From Candidatus Saccharimonadota bacterium (GTDB lineage: Bacteria > Pseudomonadota > Gammaproteobacteria > Enterobacterales > Enterobacteriaceae): a DNA stretch of 32,000 nt. Below the pieces are notes generated by a model. The model ran no database searches and was not told the DNA's origin. It was given only the letters and a program-made list of their open reading frames with translations. Every line of letters begins with the position of its first letter. Within the stretch, counting starts at the first letter, position 1. The stretch is taken from NCBI RefSeq assembly GCF_000973505.1, contig NZ_CP010048.1:510001-542000 (forward strand), given 5' to 3'. The translations under genes and the position numbers were made by a program. Shown here in pieces: positions 9,693-20,109 of the stretch.

Positions 9693-9883
9693 ATGAAGTC
9701 ATAATAAATAATTATTTAATCATATTATTATTAGTTTATACACAGTATAATATTTTGGGCGTAAGTAACTTATACCAAGTATAAAAATATAGTATTTAAC
9801 ATATATAAAACAAAGTAAAAAATACCATTCATCCATCATATTTTACCAAAATTTCATTGTTAATTCAACTAACAGAGATTACT

Positions 9884-11344
9884 ATGTCTAGAAAAAAAAT
9901 ATTAAGACGAACTAAAATCATTGCTACATTAGGCCCTTCAACTGATTACAATAACAATCTTGAAAAAATTTTGATCGCTGGTGCAAATGCAGTACGATTA
10001 AATTTTTCTCACGGCAAAGATAATGATCACTTCTCACGCGCTAAACAAGTTAGAGAAATATCTAAAAAATACAATAAACATATAGCAATCCTAGCCGATT
10101 TACAAGGTCCAAAAATCCGAATATCCACATTTAAAAATAACAAAGTATACCTCACTGCAGGCGATACATTTTTACTTGACTCAAATGTAAAAACTGGAGA
10201 AGGAGATCATAAACAAGTAGGTATTGATTATAAAACACTAGCAAATGATCTTAAACCTAAAGATATTTTACTCCTAGATGATGGCCGTATCCAACTACAA
10301 GTATTACACATTAAAAATATGCAAATATACACACAAGTACTTACAGGAGGAATATTATCAAATAATAAAGGAATTAATAAATTAGGTGGAGGTCTATCCA
10401 CTGCAACATTAACGGACAAAGATAAATATGATATTATCACTGCCGCAAAAATTGGAGTAGATTATTTAGCTATTTCATTTCCACGTACTAGCAATGATAT
10501 TAACTATGCTCGACAATTAGCTATAAACGCTGGCAGCCAAGCTAAAATAGTGTCTAAAATAGAACGTGCTGAAGCTGTAACATCAGACACAATAATAGAT
10601 GATATTATCCGTGCTTCAGATGTTGTTATGGTAGCCAGAGGAGATCTGGCAATAGAAATTGGCGAGTCAGAACTACCAAGAATTCAAAAAAAAATAATAA
10701 ACAGAGCACATATACTCAATCGAGCAGTTATCACTGCTACTCAAATGATGGAATCAATGATAGAACGATCCATTCCTACTCGAGCAGAAATCATGGACGT
10801 AGCTAATGCTGTGCTCGATGGTACTGATGCTGTTATGTTGTCAGCAGAAACTGCCACAGGACAATATCCATCAGAAACCGTTACTGCCATGGGGAATATT
10901 TGTTTAGGTGCTGAAAAAATTTCCAGTATTAATATTTCTAATAACCAACTAAAAACAAAATTCCAAAATATTGAAGAAGCAATTTCAGTTACAGTAATGT
11001 ACACCGCCAATCACACACATAAAATTAGTGCTGTAATTGACATAACAGAAACAGAAAAAATAACACTAAGAATGTCCAGAATTAACTCAAAGTTACCAAT
11101 TTTTACCGCATCCCATGATACACATACATTAAACACAATAGCTATATATCGAGGAGTTATACCACTTCTTTTAAAAAACCAGAAAAAAAAAACCTCTACA
11201 ATTAATACTATAATTAGTCAATTGTCAGAAAATGGATACCTACTATCGGGAGATTTTGTAATTATTGTAAATAATGAAACACTAGAATATATCAACACCA
11301 ATAATACTAATACAAATACAATACGCATTATACAAATCAAATAA
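9884..11344 (+). CDS. pykA: pyruvate kinase II (AMP-activated type)
   Basis: 486 aa starting at the ATG at 9884. [44 protein letters not shown] aligns with the E. coli PykA N-terminus. [14 protein letters not shown] and [12 protein letters not shown] are conserved. The ORF-track start at 9857 is an over-extension. Confidence 0.93.
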   Translation: MSRKKILRRTKIIATLGPSTDYNNNLEKILIAGANAVRLNFSHGKDNDHFSRAKQVREISKKYNKHIAILADLQGPKIRISTFKNNKVYLTAGDTFLLDSNVKTGEGDHKQVGIDYKTLANDLKPKDILLLDDGRIQLQVLHIKNMQIYTQVLTGGILSNNKGINKLGGGLSTATLTDKDKYDIITAAKIGVDYLAISFPRTSNDINYARQLAINAGSQAKIVSKIERAEAVTSDTIIDDIIRASDVVMVARGDLAIEIGESELPRIQKKIINRAHILNRAVITATQMMESMIERSIPTRAEIMDVANAVLDGTDAVMLSAETATGQYPSETVTAMGNICLGAEKISSINISNNQLKTKFQNIEEAISVTVMYTANHTHKISAVIDITETEKITLRMSRINSKLPIFTASHDTHTLNTIAIYRGVIPLLLKNQKKKTSTINTIISQLSENGYLLSGDFVIIVNNETLEYINTNNTNTNTIRIIQIK

Positions 11345-11723
11345 CACTTATCTACACAATTTACAATATAATATTACCTTTATTCAGATCGCAAAATAGC
11401 ATTATCTTTAAAAAAAAGATATTAAAAAAGAATAATTAATTAATAAATATTTATTAATTTTTCAATTATTTTATCATTACATTAATTTAAATATAAAATA
11501 TTACAAATAATCCAATATCAATACACAACTATTATAAACACATTTCAAATTATTAAATAAACATATACATTCTTCATATGAAAATTTCCACACATGATAA
11601 AAAACAATTTTTATATAACTAATTCATTTAAAAAAAATCAACAATATATTCTATACAAAATCCACATAACAAAACATGGTATCTAATATACAATCTTTAA
11701 ATTGTAGATAAATACTACATACA

Positions 11724-13091
11724 TTAATTAAAATGTAAATATGGCAAAATTATACCTACTTGATGCATATAATTCACACGATCACAACCACTCAATCTTT
11801 CAATATTTAAAAAAGTAGCAGTTAAAGGATTAACTGGTTTACGATTAACCCATACTTCAAAATGTAAATGAGGACCGGTGGAACGTCCTGTATTACCTGA
11901 TAAAGCAATATTATCCCCTTTTTTAACTACTTGACCGACTTTAACTAATAAACGATTTAAATGCAAGTAACGTGTAACACAACAATTACTATGACGAATC
12001 ACAATATAATTACCTGATATACGTCCATATTTACTAACAATTACTTCACCATCCCCAACAGATAAAACAGGGGTACCAATTGGCACAGCAAAATCCACAC
12101 CAAAATGAGGAGAAATACGACCAGTAATAGGATTTAAACGATTCAAATTAAAATTAGAAGAAATTCGAAATTGTTTTAGAGTAGGAAACCGTATAAAGTT
12201 TCCTGCCATACTAATAGCATCCCGATTATAAAATCTACCATTATCTGCACGAAAAGCATAATAATCTTTACCAAAACTATGTAATCGCACAGCAACCACA
12301 AATAATTTGTCAGCAGAATCTTCAAAATTTTTACGATCTAAAGATCTTGAACAAACAGTTAATATCGAAAATTTGTCTCCCCTATGTAATTTTTGAAAAT
12401 TCACCTGCCACTCTAAAGCATGTATTATCGTTTGAATATTTCGACTATCTAATCCTAAAGAGCGAACACTATTGATGAAATTATCATTCAATTGACCAAT
12501 AATCATTATATGACGACATCGATCATATTCACGACATGTTATAATAATATTTTCTATAAAATTATCAGTAGACAACACACGATTATAAATACGAATTTCT
12601 GTAGATGAAACTCTCCATAATACAGACTGTAAACCATGGCCTTTAACAATCGCTAAAACAACACTTTGACCAAATTTTAAATTTTTTAATATGGGATATT
12701 GATTAAATAATATATGTATCTCACGAATATCAACCACTTTAGTATCAGACAACATTTGAAAAAATGTTTTAAAAAATGTAGAAACATTATATATATATAC
12801 TGTGGCTTTAATTTCATTTTTTTGATACAAAAAATAATTCCTTAAATAAAAATCATCTTGAAAAAAATTTTCAGAAAATTGTATGTTTTGAGTTTGATGT
12901 AAACACTGATGTAATAAATAATCTTTTATCGAAAAAAAACGGGTAAAAAAATTGCAATCAAAAGAATAATAATTAGGTGAATATAAAACAGCAATAATCA
13001 AAGTAATCAAAACAAATATTTCTGATATAATAGACTGTAATCGATGAAAATAATTCAATGCCAAAATAACAAAAAGAAATACGCAATACAC
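11724..13091 (-). CDS. mepM: murein DD-endopeptidase MepM (YebA), M23/LytM family
   Basis: 455 aa. The C-terminal M23 domain carries PHFGVDFAVP and GNTGRSTGPHLHFEVWVN..VNPL. The middle region aligns with E. coli YebA (FRISSNFN..R.NPITGR). The start is GTG, with AAGGA 9 nt upstream. The N-terminal third is very divergent. Confidence 0.88.
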   Translation of the reverse strand: MYCVFLFVILALNYFHRLQSIISEIFVLITLIIAVLYSPNYYSFDCNFFTRFFSIKDYLLHQCLHQTQNIQFSENFFQDDFYLRNYFLYQKNEIKATVYIYNVSTFFKTFFQMLSDTKVVDIREIHILFNQYPILKNLKFGQSVVLAIVKGHGLQSVLWRVSSTEIRIYNRVLSTDNFIENIIITCREYDRCRHIMIIGQLNDNFINSVRSLGLDSRNIQTIIHALEWQVNFQKLHRGDKFSILTVCSRSLDRKNFEDSADKLFVVAVRLHSFGKDYYAFRADNGRFYNRDAISMAGNFIRFPTLKQFRISSNFNLNRLNPITGRISPHFGVDFAVPIGTPVLSVGDGEVIVSKYGRISGNYIVIRHSNCCVTRYLHLNRLLVKVGQVVKKGDNIALSGNTGRSTGPHLHFEVWVNRKPVNPLTATFLNIERLSGCDRVNYMHQVGIILPYLHFN

Positions 13092-13191
13092 TAATTTTTA
13101 TCCTTATAATAATCTTTCTTAAAACATAAAAAATCAACTATTTTTATTGAATAAAAATATTCTTAATAGCCACACAATTCATACATACACA

Positions 13192-13953
13192 CTAAATATC
13201 ATTATCTATATGATACAACATGTCGTTTTTTAAAAATTTAGCATTATGATAAATATCACATACACCATAAATTTTTTTTAACATATGAATCAATTTAAAA
13301 CATTTCAAAGAATTATCTGCATTTAAATCAATATATACATACGGAATCATCACAAGTTGAAACTCACAAATTTGTATATCACAAGATCGCAACTCAATTT
13401 CCATTGCTTGTAATAATTCTGAATTAATATATATCTTAACCATATCACCTGAATGCACACTAACATCATAAGCTCCAACCTTTAATGCTGCATCTATAAT
13501 AATATCCTCAGAAAAATTAGACACACAAGATATTATCCCTTTTTTACTAAATAAATATGCCACAGACCCATGAATACCTAAATTACCACCATATTTAGAC
13601 AATGCATAACGTATCTCAGAAACAATACGCCTACTATTATCAGTTATACATTGCAACAAAATAGCAGTACCACCTGGACCATATCCTTCATAAATAACAT
13701 TCTGTACAATCTTCTCGTTAGCCAATTCTTTCGAACCACGAAAAATAGCACGATTTAAAATATGTTTTGAAACATTATTAGATGAAGCCTTTTGCAAAAC
13801 CATGCGTAAACGCGAATTATAAAGAACATCCTTACCACCGACTTTTGTTGCAGTTCGTACTTCACGTATTAACTTACTAAAAATTTTCTCTTTTTTAGCA
13901 TCTTGAACAGCTTTACGACGTTTTGTATTTTTCCATTTACTATGACCAGCCAT
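13192..13953 (-). CDS. yebC: YebC/PmpR (TACO1) family protein
   Basis: 253 aa. The family signature MAGHSKWKNTKRRKA.QDAKK.KIFSKLIRE is at the N-terminus. GAGG lies just upstream of the ATG. Confidence 0.93.
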   Translation of the reverse strand: MAGHSKWKNTKRRKAVQDAKKEKIFSKLIREVRTATKVGGKDVLYNSRLRMVLQKASSNNVSKHILNRAIFRGSKELANEKIVQNVIYEGYGPGGTAILLQCITDNSRRIVSEIRYALSKYGGNLGIHGSVAYLFSKKGIISCVSNFSEDIIIDAALKVGAYDVSVHSGDMVKIYINSELLQAMEIELRSCDIQICEFQLVMIPYVYIDLNADNSLKCFKLIHMLKKIYGVCDIYHNAKFLKNDMLYHIDNDI

Positions 13954-14243
13954 ATACCCTCATTAATTACAATCTAAAAATTCACAAAATACGTAACCAT
14001 AAATTAAACAACAAAAAACTATACATACTTTATCTATCCGTTAATATTTATCAATATAATAAACAATACAGCACATAATATTATACAAGAAATCAATAAA
14101 TTTTAACGATAACCACCACTTTGGTTCTTCAAAAATATTTTATCTACAACACAACTTAAAACATCACAAAAAATAAAAACACTTAAAAATTATCAGTAAA
14201 TTATAATACTAAATAAAACAATACTGATGTTAAATGATAAAAA

Positions 14244-15986
14244 TCAAAAATCAGAATCACAATCAAGAACACTAGGTGCTTTTGTCATTAAATCAACAGC
14301 ATTTGTTGTTTTAGGAAATGCAATCACATCACGAATATTATCTGTACCACTTAATAGCATCACTAAACGATCAAGACCACAAGCAATTCCAGCATGCACT
14401 GGAGCACCATATTTTAAAGCATCTAACAAAAAACCAAACTTATCATTCTGAAACTCTTCAGTAAAACCTAAAATTTCAAATATAATTTTTTGTATTTTAT
14501 ACGAATGAATACGTACTGACCCACTACCAAGTTCACAACCATTAATCACGATATCAAAAGAATCCGCTAATACTGATAATGGATATTCTAATAAAATTTG
14601 TATATCAGTACTTTTTGGTGCAGTAAATACATGATGCATAGACATAATATCACCTTCTTCATCCTTCTTAAACATCGGAAAATCAATTACCCATAATGGT
14701 GACCAACTACCATTCTTAATTAATTGTAAATCATTACCTAATTTTACTCGTAAAAAATTCAATGCTTTACTTGAAAATTGATGATGTGAACATGATAAAA
14801 ATAAAATATCGTGTTCTGATATACACGTTTTAAGCAAAATACTTTCAAGAATTGCACACGTAAAAAAACGAACTGCAGAACCTTCTATATTTCTATTACA
14901 ACCAAAACCATGAATTTTTACCCATGTTAAATTTCCACCTCCAAAACTCTGAAAATCATTAACATACCGGTTAAGTTCATGACATGACAACCGTGCCCCA
15001 GATGGCACAAACATAATCATAACTTTTAAAGATATACTTTTATCCACATCCGAATCAAAATAATCATTAGATATTATCTGTTCTGCTGAAATATCAATAT
15101 AGCTCATTTCTATTGGATTTCTTAAATCTGGACGATCTGAAGCAAACTTGTCCATAACCTCTCTGTAAGTTAATTGAGGAAACCGTGTTAATTCCACGCC
15201 TAAAAACTCATACCAAAGAGCATAAATTAAAGATTCAACAAACTCACGTACCCTTTTAGCTGACATAAATGAAGTTTCCAGATCTATTTGAGTAAATTCT
15301 GGCTGTCTATCAGAACGCATATCTTCATCACGAAAGCATTTAATAATTTGATAATACCGGTCAAAACCAGATATCATTAATAATTGCTTAAATAATTGAG
15401 GGGATTGAGGCAAAGCATAAAACTTTCCTGAATGCAATCTACTATAAACAAGGTAATCACGTGCTCCTTCTGGAATACTGCGAGTTAACATAGGGGTTTC
15501 AATATTCAAAAAACCATGTTTTTCCATAAAATGATGCACAAAAGAAATAACATGTGACCGCATTTTTAAACGTTGAAACATAATCGGCCGACGTAAATCC
15601 AAATAACGATATTTTAAACGTTGTTCCTCAGAATTATTATCCTTAGTTAAATCCAACGGTAATGGCTCAGAAGTACTAATAATCTTTAAATTACTTGCTA
15701 AAACTTCAATCTCTCCAGTTTTCATATTACGATTAATATGATGCATAGGACGCGCACGTACTATACCAGTTATTTGCACACAAAATTCATTCCTTAAATA
15801 TCGTGCCGATGAAAAAACAACATTATCATGATTAACATCAAAACAAACTTGTATATTTCCAGATCTATCCCGAATATCAATAAAAATAAAATCAGAAAAA
15901 ATTCGATACCGATTAACCCATCCACACAATATTACTTGTAATCCAATATTAGATATATTTAAATCTTCACAATACACAGTACGCAT
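14244..15986 (-). CDS. aspS: aspartate--tRNA ligase
   Basis: 580 aa from the ATG at 15986 (MRTVYCEDL.. versus E. coli MRTEYCGQL..). GAGGGG lies upstream. Class II motifs present: FYALPQSPQLFKQLLM, FRDEDMRSDRQPEFTQID, GLDRLVMLLSGTDNIRDVIAFPKT. Confidence 0.95.
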   Translation of the reverse strand: MRTVYCEDLNISNIGLQVILCGWVNRYRIFSDFIFIDIRDRSGNIQVCFDVNHDNVVFSSARYLRNEFCVQITGIVRARPMHHINRNMKTGEIEVLASNLKIISTSEPLPLDLTKDNNSEEQRLKYRYLDLRRPIMFQRLKMRSHVISFVHHFMEKHGFLNIETPMLTRSIPEGARDYLVYSRLHSGKFYALPQSPQLFKQLLMISGFDRYYQIIKCFRDEDMRSDRQPEFTQIDLETSFMSAKRVREFVESLIYALWYEFLGVELTRFPQLTYREVMDKFASDRPDLRNPIEMSYIDISAEQIISNDYFDSDVDKSISLKVMIMFVPSGARLSCHELNRYVNDFQSFGGGNLTWVKIHGFGCNRNIEGSAVRFFTCAILESILLKTCISEHDILFLSCSHHQFSSKALNFLRVKLGNDLQLIKNGSWSPLWVIDFPMFKKDEEGDIMSMHHVFTAPKSTDIQILLEYPLSVLADSFDIVINGCELGSGSVRIHSYKIQKIIFEILGFTEEFQNDKFGFLLDALKYGAPVHAGIACGLDRLVMLLSGTDNIRDVIAFPKTTNAVDLMTKAPSVLDCDSDF

Positions 15987-16246
15987 ACAAAAACCCCTCA
16001 ATATTTTTCATATTATTTGCATAATTTTAAAAATTATAATAAACAATATTGATAAAATATATCTAATACAAATGTGCAATTAATACACATATTTGTACAT
16101 ATTTGAAAAACTATTCCAAAAACATTCAAAAACTTACAAAACTATTTATATATCATCCAATAAAACTATAACACATACTTTTAATACTGTATAATTCATC
16201 AGTGAACAATATAACATCAACATCTTATTATTATACTAACACTCTT

Positions 16247-17983
16247 ATGAATCTTCGAAAAATATTATTAAAAAAAATTAACATCGCATTTAAAAAATCA
16301 GGAATCCCCAACATATATCAAGCTAACGTACAACAATCTAGTAAAATACAATTTGGTGATTATCAAATTAATGGAATTATATCAATTGCAAAAATGCTTA
16401 ATGTTTCTTCTAAAACACTTGCAAAAAAAATAGCAAATATACTGCAATCAGACAATATTATTAAAAAAATAGAAATTGCAGAAAAAGAATTTATTAATAT
16501 CTTTCTAGAACCAACATGGGTAGCAACACAAGTGCAAAACACTCTTGTGTCACCTCGCTTAGGTATTTCACCTATTAAACCAAAAACTATTGTAATTGAT
16601 TATTCAGCACCAAATGTAGCTAAGGAAATGCACGTCGGACATTTACGATCAACCATTATTGGTGATGTATCCGTGCGTACATTATCTTTTTTAGGACATA
16701 AAATAATTCGAGCTAATCATATAGGAGATTGGGGAACACAATTTGGAATGATACTAGCATACTTAAACAAATTACAACTTACAAATACATTCAATGAAAA
16801 TATTCTACTCAATAAAATAGAATATTATTATCAACAAGCAAAAAAAAAATACGATACAGATCCTGAATTCGCTGAAGAATCAAGGCAATATGTTGTAAAA
16901 TTGCAAAATGGTGATCATTTCTGTCGAAACATTTGGCTAAAATTAGTGAATGCTTCCATGAAGCATAACCAAAAAATTTATAATCAGCTTAATGTTACAT
17001 TAAAACCAACTGACATTATGGGAGAAAGCTTATATAATAATATGCTTCCTTACATTGTAGAAGACCTAAAATATAAAAAATTAGCCATAGAACATAATGG
17101 TGCAATAGTGGTCTTTCTTGATGAATTTAACAATAGGCATGGACAACCAATGGGAGTCATTATTCAAAAAAAAGATGGAGGATACTTATACACTACCACT
17201 GATATTGCCTGCATAAAATATCGATTTGAAATATTAAAAGCACATAAAATAATTTACTATGTCGATTCTCGTCAACATCAACATCTCGTTCAAGTATGGA
17301 CAATCGCCAGAAAAGCAAATTACATACCTAAAACAGTATCATTAGAACATCATATGTTCGGTATGATTTTAAATCAGCATGGACAACCATTCAAAAGCAG
17401 ATCAGGAAAAACGCTAAAAATAGAAGATTTGTTACATGAGGCTTTTCAACGTGCAAAAAATTTAATAATTAAAAAAAACCCTAACATACCACCACAAGCA
17501 CTACAAAAATTAGCTAATATAATTAGTATTGGCGCCATAAAATATGCAGATCTGTCCAAACATCGTACTACACATTATGTTTTTGACTGGAATAAAATAT
17601 TAAACTTTGAAGGAAACACAGCTCCATATATACAGTATGCATATACTCGAATTATTTCAATTTTTAACCAATCAAAGCTTGATATTAAAAAAATAAAGAG
17701 TAATATCGAACTCAATACAAAAGAAGAAACTTTACTAGCGGTTTGTTTATTACAATTCGAAGAAACAATTTTAGTTGTAGCTAATCACGGTACTCCACAC
17801 ATTCTATGCAACTACCTCTACAGAATAGCTTTACTATTCTCATCATTTTATGAAAATTGTTCCATACTTCAAACAAAAAATACACTAACAACACATAGCC
17901 GATTACAATTATTATTATTAACACAACGTACTCTAAAACAGGGCCTAAATTTATTAGGCATATCAACCACAAAATATATGTAA
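16247..17983 (+). CDS. argS: arginine--tRNA ligase
   Basis: 578 aa from the ATG at 16247 (MNLRKILL..). Motifs VDYSAPNVAKEMHVGHLRSTIIGD, IIQKKDGGYLYTTTDIA and EGNTAPYIQYAYTRI match E. coli ArgS. The ORF-track GTG at 16202 is an over-extension. Confidence 0.95.
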   Translation: MNLRKILLKKINIAFKKSGIPNIYQANVQQSSKIQFGDYQINGIISIAKMLNVSSKTLAKKIANILQSDNIIKKIEIAEKEFINIFLEPTWVATQVQNTLVSPRLGISPIKPKTIVIDYSAPNVAKEMHVGHLRSTIIGDVSVRTLSFLGHKIIRANHIGDWGTQFGMILAYLNKLQLTNTFNENILLNKIEYYYQQAKKKYDTDPEFAEESRQYVVKLQNGDHFCRNIWLKLVNASMKHNQKIYNQLNVTLKPTDIMGESLYNNMLPYIVEDLKYKKLAIEHNGAIVVFLDEFNNRHGQPMGVIIQKKDGGYLYTTTDIACIKYRFEILKAHKIIYYVDSRQHQHLVQVWTIARKANYIPKTVSLEHHMFGMILNQHGQPFKSRSGKTLKIEDLLHEAFQRAKNLIIKKNPNIPPQALQKLANIISIGAIKYADLSKHRTTHYVFDWNKILNFEGNTAPYIQYAYTRIISIFNQSKLDIKKIKSNIELNTKEETLLAVCLLQFEETILVVANHGTPHILCNYLYRIALLFSSFYENCSILQTKNTLTTHSRLQLLLLTQRTLKQGLNLLGISTTKYM

Positions 17984-18578
17984 CAATGTCAAATTATACA
18001 CATTAATATTTATTAAACAGTTAACCACTACTCACTATAATGTCATGAAAACAATATACTTCATAACTTAAATACAAAAATATATCTTATTACAAATAAC
18101 AACGTAACATTATTAACAACCCTCACTACTAATTATAATAATGAGTCATAACATAACAAATATAATAACTAAAAGATAAACAAACATTAACTATATTAAT
18201 AAATAAAATTTTCAATTTTTAACATCATACACAAATACATATTTATGAAATCATATAATACAATGACTACTCAATAATTCATCAAATGACAATACATAAA
18301 TATATAATTGTCATTTTGAAAAAACAACAAATCAAAAAAATCAATAAAAATATCTTTAAAATTTTTTTAGAATCTAAATAACCACATAATATATTTCAAA
18401 CACCTATCACAATAAAATGACAGATTTTGCACAAAATAACAAAACAAACAATATTCTTGTTACCTACAACATTAATAATAAATTGACTTAACACAATAAA
18501 AAATAATTGAATAAATAATATATCATTTATTAAATAAAAACGCTCTATATTACATAAAACATCATTAATGGTGAAAAA

Positions 18579-19760
18579 ATGGATCAACCACCCAGTATAC
18601 AAAAATTAGGAAAAATTTTTTTGATAATAGATAATATGTTTGTAGTCATAGGTTTTTACATTGTATTTCCATTAATCTCCATATATTTTATCGAACAACA
18701 ACAATGGGAAGCACTACTAGTAGGTACTGCTCTAGGACTACGACAATTTATTCAACAAGGATTAGGAATTTTTGGAGGGGCCTGCGCTGATAAATTAGGT
18801 GCAAAACCAATGATTGTATTTGGAATGTTAATACGAGCATTTGGGTTATCAATTATGAGTATCTCTGAAACTCCATATTTGCTGTGTGCATCATGTATTT
18901 TAGCTGCATTAGGAGGAACATTATTCGATCCACCAAGAACAGCACTAGTATTACAGTTTATTCCATTAAAAAAACGTAATCGCTTTTACACATTACTAAT
19001 GTTAGAAGACAGCATATGTGCAATTATAGGTACTTTGCTCGGCACCTGGTTACTTCTTCAGTATAATTTTAAATTAGTATGCCTATGTGGATCATTGGTA
19101 TTTTTAATTGCTGCTATTTTTAACGCTATAAAATTTCCAATATGCTATATACATTATCACCACATTCCAATTTTACAAAATATACAAACAGTACTCAACA
19201 ACAAAAAATTTGTTATTTACGTTTTAACATTAACTGGCTATTACATACTCTCCATACAAGTTATGTTAATGTTTCCAATACAAATAAATAATATCAGCGG
19301 GCATCCAGAAACAATAAAATGGATATACATTATTGAATGTATATTATCACTAATATTATTTTTCCCTATTACCTCTTGGGGCGAAAAATCTTGTAACTCA
19401 GAAAAAAGATTAATGATCGGGTTAGGAATAATGCTAATTAGCTTATTTACAATTGGTTTTATTGATAATTTATATATCTTATTTTGTTCGATTAGTTGTT
19501 TCTATATAGGCACTATCATCGCTGAGCCGGCAAGAGAAACATTAATCAGTATTTTATTAACAAATAATAAAGAAAAAAATAGTTATATGGGATTTAGCAA
19601 ATTAGGACTTGCTTTGGGAGGAATTATAGGATATAGCGGAAGTGGTTGGTTATATGATTTCAGTAAGCAATTAAACATTCCAGAATTGCCATGGTTTATA
19701 CTTAGCATAATCGGACTAATTACATTATTAGGACTGTATTATCAGTTTAATAAAATATAA
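18579..19760 (+). CDS. mdtH: MFS transporter MdtH
   Basis: 393 aa. KLGKIFLIIDNMFVVIGFYIVFPLISIYF, GLRQFIQQGLGIFGGACADKLGAKPMIV, GGTLFDPPR and IIAEPARETL align closely with remembered E. coli MdtH. Confidence 0.85.
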   Translation: MDQPPSIQKLGKIFLIIDNMFVVIGFYIVFPLISIYFIEQQQWEALLVGTALGLRQFIQQGLGIFGGACADKLGAKPMIVFGMLIRAFGLSIMSISETPYLLCASCILAALGGTLFDPPRTALVLQFIPLKKRNRFYTLLMLEDSICAIIGTLLGTWLLLQYNFKLVCLCGSLVFLIAAIFNAIKFPICYIHYHHIPILQNIQTVLNNKKFVIYVLTLTGYYILSIQVMLMFPIQINNISGHPETIKWIYIIECILSLILFFPITSWGEKSCNSEKRLMIGLGIMLISLFTIGFIDNLYILFCSISCFYIGTIIAEPARETLISILLTNNKEKNSYMGFSKLGLALGGIIGYSGSGWLYDFSKQLNIPELPWFILSIIGLITLLGLYYQFNKI

Positions 19761-20109
19761 AAAATTATATAATTAATATAGTTTAAATGTTAAGTGTCAC
19801 ATATAAAACATTTCGACAGCATATGAAAAAAATATCTTATTATACAGATAGTAAATTTATATTTATAACAACCCATTTTATTTTAATACAACCGATTACA
19901 TTTCTTTACAGAAATATTTAAAATAAATAATTATTTAAAATACATCTGACGCATCATTTTTTATATTAAAATAACAAAAAAACCGTTAATATACTGCTGA
20001 TATATGATATATTATTATTACATATGTTACGTTACATGTATAGCATAAAAACTATTTCTTTTATATAAAAAATATAAAAAATTATAACGAATAACGCAAT
20101 TCAAAAAAA

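Noticed and set aside
11294-11323. An Asn/Thr repeat (NTNNTNTNT) near the pykA C-terminus, encoded by AAT/ACN repeats.
   Set aside because: It is a short low-complexity insertion typical of AT-biased genomes. The frame and the flanking homology to PykA are intact, so it is not a separate feature.
11438-11459. A 22-bp perfect A/T palindrome (AATTAATAAAT/ATTTATTAATT) followed by T residues in the pykA-mepM spacer, considered as a terminator. A similar all-A/T hairpin lies near 13141-13165, after yebC.
   Set aside because: The stems are entirely A/T and have negligible stability. Palindromes of this size are expected by chance in locally pure A/T sequence.
14041-14139. A G+C-richer island in the yebC-aspS spacer. 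Its minus-strand frame reads NIFEEPKWWLSLKFIDFLYNIMCCIVYYIDKY and was considered a relic of nudB, which occupies this slot in E. coli (compare VFTEHLAYKWLD).
   Set aside because: The match is only about 4-5 residues and needs a gap. There is no start codon. It is too short to separate from chance without a profile search, though a TBLASTN/HMM test with NudB would be worthwhile.
18396-18602. A 68-aa hydrophobic minus-strand ORF in the argS-mdtH spacer, overlapping the mdtH start.
   Set aside because: There is no Shine-Dalgarno sequence. The Ile/Phe/Leu/Asn-rich product is the default translation of AT-rich spacer. It overlaps a real gene start and resembles nothing I recognise.
19787-19921. 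A 44-codon ORF just downstream of mdtH.
   Set aside because: It has no Shine-Dalgarno sequence and no recognisable similarity. An open frame of this length is expected by chance several times in about 6 kb of spacer at this stop-codon frequency.
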